From Phycisphaerae bacterium (lineage in GTDB: Bacteria; Planctomycetota; Phycisphaerae; FEN-1346; JAACEH01): a stretch of DNA of 64,000 nucleotides. The notes under the pieces were generated by a model. It did not search any database, had not been told where the DNA came from, and saw nothing but the letters and a program-made list of their open reading frames with translations. Made by a program: the position numbers and the translations under genes. The DNA lies in the NCBI GenBank assembly GCA_012729015.1, contig JAAYDY010000113.1:12206-76205 (forward strand). The letters run 5' to 3'. Shown piece by piece: positions 10,841 to 21,237 of the stretch; positions within the stretch are counted from its first letter, which is position 1; each line of letters begins with the position of its first letter.

Positions 10841-10867
10841 CGGTTTGCGGCAATGTGGCGACGCGGC

Positions 10868-12307
<1,440 letters not shown>

Positions 12308-12457
12308 TGAATGTCCTCACCTCTCCTTAACCGATTTCCTCTCGGCCCTGTGCCCACAGCGGACGAAAACAAAAAAGTGGAGCCTCTGTACAGCAGAACC
12401 CCACTTCGGGCCACGCCAATCGGCGAGCGGACGCCACTGACCCGTGGCGCCGAGGTT

Positions 12458-13618
12458 CTACCGCTCGCTCGCTACATGTTCCTGCTCCAAGGACACGTTC
12501 TGCTGGCTTTCGCTGTCAAACACGTGCACCTTCTCCATGTTCAGGTGCGCCTCGAAACGCTGCTCCACGCTCACCTTCACGTGGCTGTCCAACTTCGCAA
12601 TCAACTGCTGCGGCCGCTCCGCGCCGAGCTGCTCCAGGTGAACGATCTGTTCGTCACCCAGCGGCTCCACCACCCGGACCACCAGCGGCAGCACGTTGCC
12701 CGACCCTGCGAACGCCCCTTCCGACCGGTGCCCGATCCCCTCCGGACGCACGCCCAACACCACGTCACGCCCGGCATGGTCCCGCAACCGCGACGCCAGA
12801 CGCGGCGGCATCGTCACCGACGCGTCCGACCCGGCCACAGCGAACCGCACCGACCCGTTCGACCCTTCCAGGCGACCCTTGATGAAGTTCATCGAGGGCG
12901 TTCCCAGAAAACCGGCCACAAACAGATTCGCCGGATAGTCATACACCCGCAACGGCGGCGCCACCTGCTGTATCCGCCCGTTGTTCATCACCACCACGCG
13001 GTCGGCCAGCGTCATCGCCTCGATCTGATCGTGCGTCACGTAGATCATCGTCGTGGCCAGGCGGTGGTGCAGCTTCTTCAGTTCCGCCCTCATCTCGACC
13101 CGAAGCTTCGCGTCGAGGTTCGACAGCGGCTCGTCGAACAGAAACGCCGCCGGCTGCCGCACAATCGCTCGCCCCACCGCCACACGCTGCCGCTGGCCGC
13201 CCGAAAGCGCCTTCGGCTTGCGATCCAGAAGGGCCTCGATTCCCAGGACCCGCGCCGCTTCCCTGACTCGCCGTTCGATCTCGACCTTCGGCACCCGCCT
13301 CAGCCGCAACCCGAACGCCATGTTCTTGTACACCGACATGTGCGGGTACAGGGCGTAGTTTTGAAAGACCATCGCGATGTCGCGATCCTTCGGGGGCACG
13401 TGGTTCACCACCTTGTCCCCGATGGCGATCGAGCCCTGCGTGATCTCTTCCAGGCCGGCGATCATCCGCAGCGTGGTCGTCTTGCCGCACCCCGAGGGGC
13501 CCACGAGAACCACAAACTCGCGGTCGCGTATCGTCAGGTTGAAGTCTTCAACGGCCACCACGTCGCCCGTGTCGCCCTTGTAGACCTTCCTGACGCCGTC
13601 CAGCAGCACCTGCGCCAT
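12458..13618 (-). CDS. ABC transporter ATP-binding protein, MalK/UgpC (carbohydrate importer) type
   Basis: It has Walker A GPSGCGKTT, the signature LSGGQRQR, Walker B FLFDEPLSNLD and a C-terminal TOBE-like regulatory domain. The start is placed at MAQVLLDGV (13618) rather than the ORF-track start at 13678. No permease or binding-protein gene is adjacent. Confidence 0.85.
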   Translation of the reverse strand: MAQVLLDGVRKVYKGDTGDVVAVEDFNLTIRDREFVVLVGPSGCGKTTTLRMIAGLEEITQGSIAIGDKVVNHVPPKDRDIAMVFQNYALYPHMSVYKNMAFGLRLRRVPKVEIERRVREAARVLGIEALLDRKPKALSGGQRQRVAVGRAIVRQPAAFLFDEPLSNLDAKLRVEMRAELKKLHHRLATTMIYVTHDQIEAMTLADRVVVMNNGRIQQVAPPLRVYDYPANLFVAGFLGTPSMNFIKGRLEGSNGSVRFAVAGSDASVTMPPRLASRLRDHAGRDVVLGVRPEGIGHRSEGAFAGSGNVLPLVVRVVEPLGDEQIVHLEQLGAERPQQLIAKLDSHVKVSVEQRFEAHLNMEKVHVFDSESQQNVSLEQEHVASER

Positions 13619-13783
13619 GAACAGACGGCCTCCTGCTTCGGCTCGCGTACCCGAAGGCGAACCGGCAGTATATTTCAAGGAATACCCACTGTCAACCGTA
13701 ATCGCGATCCGCGCATGAGCTTACCTACTTAAACGGGATGCACCCCATGAGCTTGGCGGCACGTTACGTTTGTGGCTAGGGGT

Positions 13784-13897
13784 CACACTTTGAAGCGGCG
13801 TCCTGACCCGAGCACAGTCGAGGGCCGCAGGCGGCGCCAAAGTGTGCGCCACAGGATGCCATTTCGCCCCGGGCTCCGTCACACGACGCACACTTTG
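13784..13897. promoter_or_regulatory. Three copies of a CACACTTTG motif in alternating orientation, about 51-54 bp apart, upstream of the ABC ATPase gene
   Basis: CACACTTTG at 13784-13792, CAAAGTGTG at 13838-13846 and CACACTTTG at 13889-13897, read directly from the 330-bp non-coding leader. A TGCACCCCATG direct repeat (13737 and 13977) is also present in that leader. Confidence 0.25.
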
Positions 13898-14011
13898 GTC
13901 CGGACTTCGTCCGGCCTCCAGAATGTGGCCCCCCCATCTTTGCGGTGCGAGAGCCTGCGTACCTACAGACGTGACGTGCACCCCATGGGCCCAGAACGAT
14001 CGGGTGAACGT

Positions 14012-14698
14012 TCAGTACAACTCGTTCGACTGCGGCGGCTTCGGTGCGGCCCCCAGCATCTGGAGCAGGTTCACCTCGTCGGCGTCCGACGGCACGATCC
14101 GGCGGGCCACCAGCAGCCACCCCACCGCCGCACCGAGCAGGGCGCCCACCACGTGCGAAACGTACGCCACGCTGTCGCCACGCCCGAACACCGTGCCGTA
14201 CATGTCCAGCCCGAAGTAGACCAGAATGAGCCAGATCGCCGAAACGCTGAAGGTGCCCCCGCGGAAGAACAGGAAGTAGAACATCCGCACTTCGTTCTTG
14301 GGATAGTAGATCGCGAACAGCCCGACCACCCCCATGACTGCCCCGGAGGCCCCGATCAGCGTCCCTCCGTTGCCGATCAGCAGCCACGACAGCCCGGCGA
14401 CGGCCCCCGTGGCAAGGTACGCCAACACGTAAAGCACGTGCCCCAGCCTCGCATTGACGGCGTTGCCGAACGTCCACAGAAACAGCATGTTGCCGACCAG
14501 GTGCCAGATGTCGATGTGCAGGAACTGATACGTCACCAGTTGGGTGATCGAGGGCTCTTCTCGGTTCAACCCGCCGCCGTCGGCCGTCGTGGCGCCGGCC
14601 CCGGTTGCGATAAACGCCAGCACGCACATGCCGATCAGAATCCAGTTCGCAATCGGCCACCGAGGCATCACTACGTCCGCCAGGTAGGGAATCAGCAT
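14012..14698 (-). CDS. Rhomboid family intramembrane serine protease
   Basis: Multi-TM protein carrying the GASGAVMG catalytic-serine motif and a downstream His in a TM helix. The start is moved to MLIPYLADVV (14698) because the ORF-track N-terminal extension is R/G-rich and overlaps the next gene. Confidence 0.75.
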   Translation of the reverse strand: MLIPYLADVVMPRWPIANWILIGMCVLAFIATGAGATTADGGGLNREEPSITQLVTYQFLHIDIWHLVGNMLFLWTFGNAVNARLGHVLYVLAYLATGAVAGLSWLLIGNGGTLIGASGAVMGVVGLFAIYYPKNEVRMFYFLFFRGGTFSVSAIWLILVYFGLDMYGTVFGRGDSVAYVSHVVGALLGAAVGWLLVARRIVPSDADEVNLLQMLGAAPKPPQSNELY

Positions 14699-14715
14699 GG
14701 TTCGTCGGTGGCCCC

Positions 14716-15129
14716 TCAGACCGCTTCGATCCGGACCTTCGTTCCTCCCGGCACGTCGCCGAACAGCGTGGCGTCGCCCACGAGCTTGCCCAGGGGATTG
14801 ACCGGACTGGCCGCACGCGGTTCGTCGCCGTCCGACGCCGGCGTCGGGCCCCAGAAGATGCAGAAGGCGCTGCCCGGAGGCCAGTACGCGATCTCGCCCA
14901 CCGCCATGTCGGCCCGCGCGCCCGACTCCTCGTTCGCCGACACCGGAATCGAGAAGTAGATCTCGTCCCCCCACCGATTCCCGCGACCTTCAATCGGAAG
15001 GGCCGCCAGCAAACGCTTCGCCGTCGTCGATGTGTTCAGCTCGGCCTCCAGCGACACCTTCCCGGCGGTGATGCGAATCCGCGCCATCAGGTTCTCCTTT
15101 CGGCTCAACGTGAGGATTGTCGGCGTCAA
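14716..15129 (-). CDS. Cyclophilin-like fold protein (DUF3830 / Cyclophil_like2 family)
   Basis: The motif IRITAGKVSLEAELNTSTTAKRLLAALPIEGRGNRWGDEIYF...IAYWPPGSAFCIFWGPTP matches the conserved pattern of this uncharacterised family as recalled from memory. Confidence 0.45.
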   Translation of the reverse strand: MTPTILTLSRKENLMARIRITAGKVSLEAELNTSTTAKRLLAALPIEGRGNRWGDEIYFSIPVSANEESGARADMAVGEIAYWPPGSAFCIFWGPTPASDGDEPRAASPVNPLGKLVGDATLFGDVPGGTKVRIEAV

Positions 15130-15227
15130 CGCAGGCCCTTATAATGCACAAAGAGCGGCCCCGCCGCAAGCGAAATGATTCCGTGGGGGCATGTTCTGCC
15201 GGTCGTACCCGTGGCACGGGCATCCGC

Positions 15228-15254
15228 CCCGTGAGTTCCAGGGGCATCTTGCCC
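15228..15254 (+). promoter_or_regulatory. Perfect 12-bp-stem hairpin in the nadA leader (GTTCCAGGGGCA-TCT-TGCCCCTGGAAC)
   Basis: Read directly from the sequence, about 75 nt upstream of the nadA ATG. It shares the TCTTGCCC loop-stem junction with the dispersed REP-like family. Confidence 0.3.
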
Positions 15255-15329
15255 CTGGAACCGTGAGCCTCTGGCCGTGGGCCAGGCGCCTATGCCGCCG
15301 ACAACCGACCGCACCGCACCAAAGGAGCC

Positions 15330-16268
15330 TTGCCCATGACGTTGCTCGAACCCGTGCCGCCCTCCGACCTCGTGGCCCGCATCGACCACCTCAAACGCCG
15401 ACGCCATGCCGTCATCCTCGCCCACAACTACCAGACCGCCGAGGTCCAGGACATCGCCGACATCGTCGGCGACAGCCTCGCCCTCGCCCAGCAGGCCGCC
15501 AGGATCCGCGACGCCGAGGCCATCGTCCTGTGCGGCGTCCGGTTCATGGCCGAAACGGCCAAGCTCGTCAACCCCTCCCGCACCGTCCTCATGCCCGACG
15601 AGAACGCCGGTTGCCCCATGGCCAACATGATCACCCCGCGCCAGCTCGCCGACGCGCGACAACGCCACCCCCAGGCCGCCGTCGTCTGCTACGTCAACTC
15701 CTCTGCCGCCGTCAAGGCCGCCAGCGACATCTGCTGCACCAGCAGCAACGCCGTCCGCGTCGTCGCCTCGATCCCCGACGACCGGCCCGTCCTGTTCGTG
15801 CCCGACCAGAGCCTCGGCGACTTCGTCGCCCGGCGGCTCCACCGCGACCTGATTCTCTGGCCCGGATACTGCCCGACCCATCACCGCATCCTGCCCGAGC
15901 ACATCGACGCCCGCCGACGCGAGCATCCCGGCGCCGTCGTCCTCGTTCACCCCGAATGCACCGAAGAGGTCCGCCGCCTCGCCGATTTCGTCGGCTCCAC
16001 CGCCCAGATCATCGACCACGTCCTCCACAGTGCCGAGCAAACCTTCATCGTCGGCACCGAAATGGGCATCTGCCACACCCTCGCCAGGCGGGCACCGCAG
16101 AAGACCATCGTTCACGTCACGCCGCTGGCCGATTGTCCCAACATGAAACTGACCACCCTGGAGAAGATTCTCTGGTGCCTGGACGAAATGCAGACCCCCG
16201 TCGAGGTGCCCGACGACGTCGCCGACGGCGCCCGCCGCGCCATCCAGCGCATGCTCGACCTCTCCTGA
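15330..16268 (+). CDS. nadA: Quinolinate synthase A
   Basis: The 312-aa protein aligns throughout with NadA (AHNYQTAEVQDIADIVGDSL, PDENAGCPMANM, VHPEC). Confidence 0.9.
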   Translation: MPMTLLEPVPPSDLVARIDHLKRRRHAVILAHNYQTAEVQDIADIVGDSLALAQQAARIRDAEAIVLCGVRFMAETAKLVNPSRTVLMPDENAGCPMANMITPRQLADARQRHPQAAVVCYVNSSAAVKAASDICCTSSNAVRVVASIPDDRPVLFVPDQSLGDFVARRLHRDLILWPGYCPTHHRILPEHIDARRREHPGAVVLVHPECTEEVRRLADFVGSTAQIIDHVLHSAEQTFIVGTEMGICHTLARRAPQKTIVHVTPLADCPNMKLTTLEKILWCLDEMQTPVEVPDDVADGARRAIQRMLDLS

Positions 16269-16279
16269 CCGTTCGCCGC

Positions 16280-17557
16280 TTACGGCATCTCGCTGTACGA
16301 CCGCTTGATCAGGGGCAGCACCATGTGTCCAACCGGCTGAATTTCCACCCGGTCCGTCCGCGTCTCAATCGAAATCTGCGACGCCAGCGCCGGCGCGAAG
16401 CTGTTGCTCCCGGCGAAGATCACCGGTCCCTTGTGAACCCACCGGGCGGCCGCCGCCGGAAGCGTCTCGGCCACCCCGCGCACCTTGCCGCCAATCTGGA
16501 CCAGCCCCTCCGTCTCCAGCAGGCAACCGTCCGTCAGGATCAGGTCGCGCCGGATGATCAGCGCCGGAAATCCCGCCGACGCCTTGATCGTCACGTGACC
16601 CTGGATCACCACGTCGTTCATGCTGACCAGCGTCGCGTCGTTTACGGCCGTGCCGCCCATCACCACGAACGTTGTCTGGTTCGTGAAGAACACGTTGTTC
16701 GGGTTTCCCGGAACGCCCAACGCCGGCGATCCCGACAGCGATGTGCCCGAAAGCTGCACCGCCGTGCAGTCCATGCCGCCATAGTCGTAACTCGGCCGAT
16801 ACCCGTAGTACACGATCGGCGGCAGCGAGGCTGCGTCCTGGTACTGGGCCGATCCCCCGTCGATGGTCCCGTAGTTGTAGACCCGGTCGGCCGCGTACGC
16901 CTTGCCCCGCAGCCGAGCACCCAGGTTTACCGTGACGTCGTCGTTGGCGAACACGTCGCCGACCACGGTCATCGTGGACCGCAGGTCGACGTCGCCCCTG
17001 CCCAGAATCGCGTACGGCACCTCGATCTTCGGCCGCTCGAACACGGCCGTCACCGTCCGCTCCGCCGCCACGTCCGACGGGTTGCCGACGCTGCCGCCGG
17101 TACGCACCGCGCGGCCCGTGGACCGGACCGTGTAGATTCGCCCGTTCGTCGTCACCTGAATGCAGTAATAGGGATTGTACTTGCGCCCCAGCCCGTCGCC
17201 CGCGGCGGGCACCAGGTCGAATCCTCCGTTGCCCGGCCACGGCTCGTCGATCGTGTAGTTGACGTACCACGGATGCACCAGCCGCCGATCCGCCACCACC
17301 AGCCCGCTCTGGGCCGCCTGCATCGCCATCGTGGCCGCCGCGAAGTTCCCGCCCAACTGCGTTGTCCGCGTCGCCGACGTGATCGCCGCCAGCCCGATGA
17401 TGAAAATCGCCCCGACGATCACCAGCACAATCAGCAACGTCGCCGCCGGCGCGCACCGACGCCCTCGCGACCGACCGCCACGGCCGATGCCCGTCGCCCG
17501 CGCGTCGTCGCGGCTACTGCAACTGCGAGCAGAAATCGTCGTTGACCAGCGGTGCAC
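16280..17557 (-). CDS. Pseudopilin-operon protein with N-terminal TM helix (GspK/PilX-like minor pseudopilin candidate)
   Basis: A single N-terminal hydrophobic helix (LLIVLVIVGAIFIIGLAAITSA) is followed by a large periplasmic domain. It is the last gene of an operon with two prepilin-type genes. There is no recognisable catalytic motif. Confidence 0.4.
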   Translation of the reverse strand: MHRWSTTISARSCSSRDDARATGIGRGGRSRGRRCAPAATLLIVLVIVGAIFIIGLAAITSATRTTQLGGNFAAATMAMQAAQSGLVVADRRLVHPWYVNYTIDEPWPGNGGFDLVPAAGDGLGRKYNPYYCIQVTTNGRIYTVRSTGRAVRTGGSVGNPSDVAAERTVTAVFERPKIEVPYAILGRGDVDLRSTMTVVGDVFANDDVTVNLGARLRGKAYAADRVYNYGTIDGGSAQYQDAASLPPIVYYGYRPSYDYGGMDCTAVQLSGTSLSGSPALGVPGNPNNVFFTNQTTFVVMGGTAVNDATLVSMNDVVIQGHVTIKASAGFPALIIRRDLILTDGCLLETEGLVQIGGKVRGVAETLPAAAARWVHKGPVIFAGSNSFAPALASQISIETRTDRVEIQPVGHMVLPLIKRSYSEMP

Positions 17558-18182
17558 GCAATGTCCCCGTTCCGTAAAAGTTCAAGTCCACCGTCTGCCC
17601 CGTGCCCCGGACGATGTCCTCCGCCCGCGACAGCCGCAGCACGTATTCCAGCGACGCCGTCTGCGGATACGCCCGCTTCGGGTAGAACGACAGCCCCGCC
17701 ACGTGGTTGCAGACTACCTGCTTGCTCATCGTGTACCCCAGCACGCTCCCGGCCCAGTCCAGAATCCCCGCGTCCGCCGCGATGGCCACGTTCCAGATGC
17801 CATCCGGGTTGATGTACGTCACCCCGTACCCCCCGACGAACGAGCATCGCTCCACCTGTTGCGGCAATGCCTGGTACCGGTAGACGACGATCTCCTCGAT
17901 ATCCAGCAGGTCGTTGGCGTACGTGTCGCCCATCCACAGGACCAGCGCGCCGCCGTCGGTGACGGCCGCCACCCGCGCCGCCCGCAGGTCGCGCGCCAGC
18001 AGCGTCGAGGCGAAACGCCCCTGGATGGCCAGCTCCGCCACCGCCTCGCCCTGGCCATTGTACGTGCCCAGCGCCCAGGCCAGCCCCGCCACGGCCGACA
18101 GAATCATCCCGCTGACCATCATCGCCAGCATCAGCTCCACCAGCGTGAAGCCCCCGCGACGCACACGGGCCCGTGCCGCCAT
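17514..18182 (-). CDS. Prepilin-type N-terminal cleavage/methylation domain protein (type II secretion / type IV pilus pseudopilin)
   Basis: It carries the G-FTLVELMLAMMVSGMILSAV class III signal motif. The start is uncertain, with Met codons at 18239, 18221 and 18182. Confidence 0.7.
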   Translation of the reverse strand: MAARARVRRGGFTLVELMLAMMVSGMILSAVAGLAWALGTYNGQGEAVAELAIQGRFASTLLARDLRAARVAAVTDGGALVLWMGDTYANDLLDIEEIVVYRYQALPQQVERCSFVGGYGVTYINPDGIWNVAIAADAGILDWAGSVLGYTMSKQVVCNHVAGLSFYPKRAYPQTASLEYVLRLSRAEDIVRGTGQTVDLNFYGTGTLRAPLVNDDFCSQLQ

Positions 18183-18207
18183 GGCCGCACCAAAACGAGG
18201 TTGTCCT

Positions 18208-18720
18208 CTATGGATCGTCATGCTTCTCGTTCGCCACAAACCGTTGCAGCGTCACCAGTTCCTCGTCCTTGTCGTACACGCGGACCGTCACCAGGATCAG
18301 GTCCGGCGAATAGGCCGTGTACTGCCCCGGCAGATAATAGGTGTCAATGTGCATCGTTCGCCGCAGATTCGGAAACTGGCTGTACGCCAGCCGCGGTCCG
18401 TACACGGTGCCCAATGCCCCAGGCCCCTCGGACACGCCGTGATAGTCGGAGCTCTCGTCGTACTGGTTCCGCCACGGTTCGTCGCCGGATGGCCCCAGTT
18501 CGATCGGATCCTGAATGCTGAACGATTCCTGCCCCAGACACTCCTCGATGAGCTGCTCGGCCAGCATCACCGCCAGCACCTGCTTCGCCGCCCGCTGTTT
18601 CTGCTCCACCGCCGCAATCACCGGCGTCAGAATGGCCGCCACGGCCACCGACAGCACCACCAGGGCCGTCAACGACTCGACCAGCGTAAACCCGGATGGA
18701 GTTCCTCTGCAACCGCGCAT
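18208..18720 (-). CDS. Prepilin-type N-terminal cleavage/methylation domain protein (pseudopilin)
   Basis: It carries the G-FTLVESLTALVVLSVAVAAIL motif, with the start taken at MRGCRGTPSG. Confidence 0.7.
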   Translation of the reverse strand: MRGCRGTPSGFTLVESLTALVVLSVAVAAILTPVIAAVEQKQRAAKQVLAVMLAEQLIEECLGQESFSIQDPIELGPSGDEPWRNQYDESSDYHGVSEGPGALGTVYGPRLAYSQFPNLRRTMHIDTYYLPGQYTAYSPDLILVTVRVYDKDEELVTLQRFVANEKHDDP

Positions 18721-18831
18721 GAACAGCGTCCCGTGCGCGCGGCGTTCGCGCACGACGTTAATATCGGCAACGCAGGCAATATGGATAAGAAAAAACAGGG
18801 CTCTTGAAATGCAGGGAGTGCGGCCCCGAGG

Positions 18832-19854
18832 CTACTCCGCCACCACTTCCACCTGGGCGTACTCGTGGTGCCCGTCGTTGTCCGTGACCGTCAGGAACAC
18901 ATTGTACGTGCCCGGCGTGGCGAACGTGTGCGAGGCCGACGGGTGGATGCTCACGCCGCCGTCGCCGAATTGCCAGATGTGGCCGGCGACACGCCCGTCC
19001 GGGTCGCTCGCCAGGGCCCGGAAATTCACCGCCAGCGGCGCGCGGCCCTTCAGCGTCGAGGCCTGTATCCGTACCGCTGGGTAGCTGCGCAGCATCTGGA
19101 CGAACCAGTCGCCGGCCAGGCGGTTGTTCTTCGAGTGGCCGCCCGGAATCTCCCGAATCTCGAAGTTCAGGAAGCCCTGCATCGTGTACCAGAAATTGGC
19201 CCGGCGGTTCTGCTCCGGAATGCCCGCCAGGTCGCTCTTGGCGAAGAAACAGAACACGTGCATGTGCCTTGCCTTACGTGCCGTCTCCTCGTCCACCAGG
19301 TCTTCCGAGAAGTTGGCCGTGCGGCCGATGATCGCCCGGATCAGGTTCGGATTCTTCAGGCCGATGTAGTGCGCCGGGTACCCGCCGCCCGACCAGCCCG
19401 TGACGGCGATGCCGTTCGGGTCGATGCTGTAAACCGAGGCTACATCGCGAATAACCGCCAGCACCGCCTCGTTGTCGCGCTGGAGCTTGGCCTGATCGGC
19501 CTTGATGTTGAGCAACCCGTTGGCCGTCTCGAAATCCGGACAGCAGATGATCAGCCCCAGCTCCTCCGCCGTGTCCACCCACGCATCGCGCGTGCCCGGA
19601 CTGGAATCGAACGGAAACGTCCCCGGCGCCGAAATGATCATCGGCCACCGCTTGCGCGGCGTGTACTTCGTGGGCACGTACATGTAATAGTTGCGATTGA
19701 CGGTCTTCTGATGAGCTGAAAACTTCCCGGTCCGGGCGGCTGCCGCCTCCTGGCCCTCGCTGCGCACCGCCGACGCCAGCACCCCCGCCGTCAGACCCAC
19801 GCCCGCCGCCGCCAGCCACAGGCGGATACCCCTCGCACCAAACCCATACGCCAT
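18832..19854 (-). CDS. Secreted alpha/beta-hydrolase (PHB-depolymerase/feruloyl-esterase-like) with C-terminal PKD domain
   Basis: The start is reset to MAYGFGARGIRLWLAAAGVGLTAGVLA (a signal peptide), since the upstream 141 aa of the track ORF are R/G-rich noise. The nucleophile elbow is GWSGGG. The C-terminal PKD motif is FGDGGVSIHPSASHTFATPGTYNVFLTVTDNDG. Confidence 0.7.
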   Translation of the reverse strand: MAYGFGARGIRLWLAAAGVGLTAGVLASAVRSEGQEAAAARTGKFSAHQKTVNRNYYMYVPTKYTPRKRWPMIISAPGTFPFDSSPGTRDAWVDTAEELGLIICCPDFETANGLLNIKADQAKLQRDNEAVLAVIRDVASVYSIDPNGIAVTGWSGGGYPAHYIGLKNPNLIRAIIGRTANFSEDLVDEETARKARHMHVFCFFAKSDLAGIPEQNRRANFWYTMQGFLNFEIREIPGGHSKNNRLAGDWFVQMLRSYPAVRIQASTLKGRAPLAVNFRALASDPDGRVAGHIWQFGDGGVSIHPSASHTFATPGTYNVFLTVTDNDGHHEYAQVEVVAE

Positions 19855-20183
19855 CGCCAACAACCTCCCACCGGAACATGCAATGCCACCACCATACCCA
19901 CAACCCCGCCCCCGGGCAACGACAAACCGCATTTCCCTGCGGCCGGGATTCGCAGTCCGGTGGCATGCCTGCCCCGTCAGGCATGCCTCATGACTTGCAC
20001 GCTCCGCCTGGCTGCATGCCGCCACCCGCGGCCGGATACCGCATGCCGACCGAAGATCCAGGCACGACAGGGCTGGCCAGAGTGTGGCCGGAGGTGCTGG
20101 GCTGACCGCCGTTGGCTGGACCGAGCTTCCGGATCGCGCAGCGGACGCCGAAAATCCCGAACCGCTGCCTCGCTGTGGCACAC

Positions 20184-20591
20184 TCACTGATCCGCTCCGT
20201 CCCCGCCTCCGCCAGGACGCTTGTCCGCCACCGGCCTGATGGGGGCATGTCCGGCCGCCTGAATCGGTGTCCCGCACTCCGGGCAGTAGCCCTCGTTAAT
20301 ACGAATGTCGTAACCACACTTGCGGCACTTGCCTCGCCTTGCCAGGCGCCGCGTGATGATATGAAGGATCAGGCCTGCAATCAGGAAGGTGACTCCCAGG
20401 CCAGCCAGAGGGCCGCATAGGCTCATGCAAATGATGCATGCGAGCTTGGACAGGCCCGCAGTGTCCCTATCTGCGGAATTCATACCCACAGCAGCGGAGA
20501 CCACCACGCCGGCCAACGCCAGGACCGACAAGCCGAGAACCACGACGGCGAGGACAAGACATGCTGTTCGTATGAGCCTCATCGCTCGCAT
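20184..20591 (-). CDS. Small membrane protein with C-terminal zinc-ribbon (CRKCGYDIRINEGYCPECG)
   Basis: Two TM helices are followed by a CxxC...CxxC ribbon. The start is set at MRAMRLIRTACLVLAVVV. Confidence 0.5.
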   Translation of the reverse strand: MRAMRLIRTACLVLAVVVLGLSVLALAGVVVSAAVGMNSADRDTAGLSKLACIICMSLCGPLAGLGVTFLIAGLILHIITRRLARRGKCRKCGYDIRINEGYCPECGTPIQAAGHAPIRPVADKRPGGGGDGADQ

Positions 20592-20873
20592 GGCTGAGCC
20601 CTTTCGACGGATGGCCGGGGCGAACTCATGTGCCACGGGGGGCGCGCCCCGCCGAGCCGCACTTGCTGAGTCTGTTCGCCCCCACCGGCCACCCATTGCA
20701 TCCTATCTGAAGATCGCCATGGCCGACCCTCGACGACGCTCGGGAACTGCGTCAAGCGGCCGTGGGCCGGCGTTGCGGAACAACACACACCTTGCCCCGC
20801 TTGAGGGCAAGGTGTGTGCGGTGATCGGTTCGCGCGTGGCGTGTGCCTTGCCCAGCGCACGTGGCACGGCCAC

Positions 20874-21224
20874 TCAGCAGGTCAGGTGAAATGCCCCCAC
20901 GACGCTCTTGCCGGTGCTGGACATCTGGTTGAAGACTTCGATGGCCTCGGCCGTACGGGCGTGGACCACCTGGATGCCGGCCTCTTCCACGGCGTCGAGG
21001 GTGGACTGTGGAATCTTCATCGCGCCGAGTTTGCCGCGGCCCACCACGAGCACCTCCGGCCGGGCGCTCAGAATGTCGTCCAGATCCTGTTTCAGCACCG
21101 TGTGGCCGTTTTCCCGCCACCACTGGTCATCCACATGATCGTCGTAGATGATGAGGTCGGAGGTGAAACTCTGGCCGTTGACCAGCATCTCACCAAATCG
21201 GTAGGAGTCGATCCGCATGTGCAA
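20874..21224 (-). CDS. Mth938-like (DUF498) domain protein
   Basis: The 116-aa protein DLIIYDDHVDDQWWRENGHTV...PEVLVVGRGKLGAM resembles the Mth938/NDUFAF3-like family as recalled from memory. Confidence 0.45.
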   Translation of the reverse strand: MHMRIDSYRFGEMLVNGQSFTSDLIIYDDHVDDQWWRENGHTVLKQDLDDILSARPEVLVVGRGKLGAMKIPQSTLDAVEEAGIQVVHARTAEAIEVFNQMSSTGKSVVGAFHLTC

Positions 21225-21237
21225 CCCCTTTCCCTAG

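Noticed and set aside
12311-14993. Long ORFs 12311-13732 (+), 13772-14959 (+) and 13776-14993 (-)
   Set aside because: They are antisense or out-of-frame relative to the ABC ATPase (Walker motifs) and the rhomboid (GASGAVMG). All three have an R/G-rich composition.
15191-17545. 784-aa plus-strand ORF overlapping nadA and the pseudopilin operon
   Set aside because: It is an alternative frame to nadA and antisense to 16280-17557. The composition is extreme in R/P/H.
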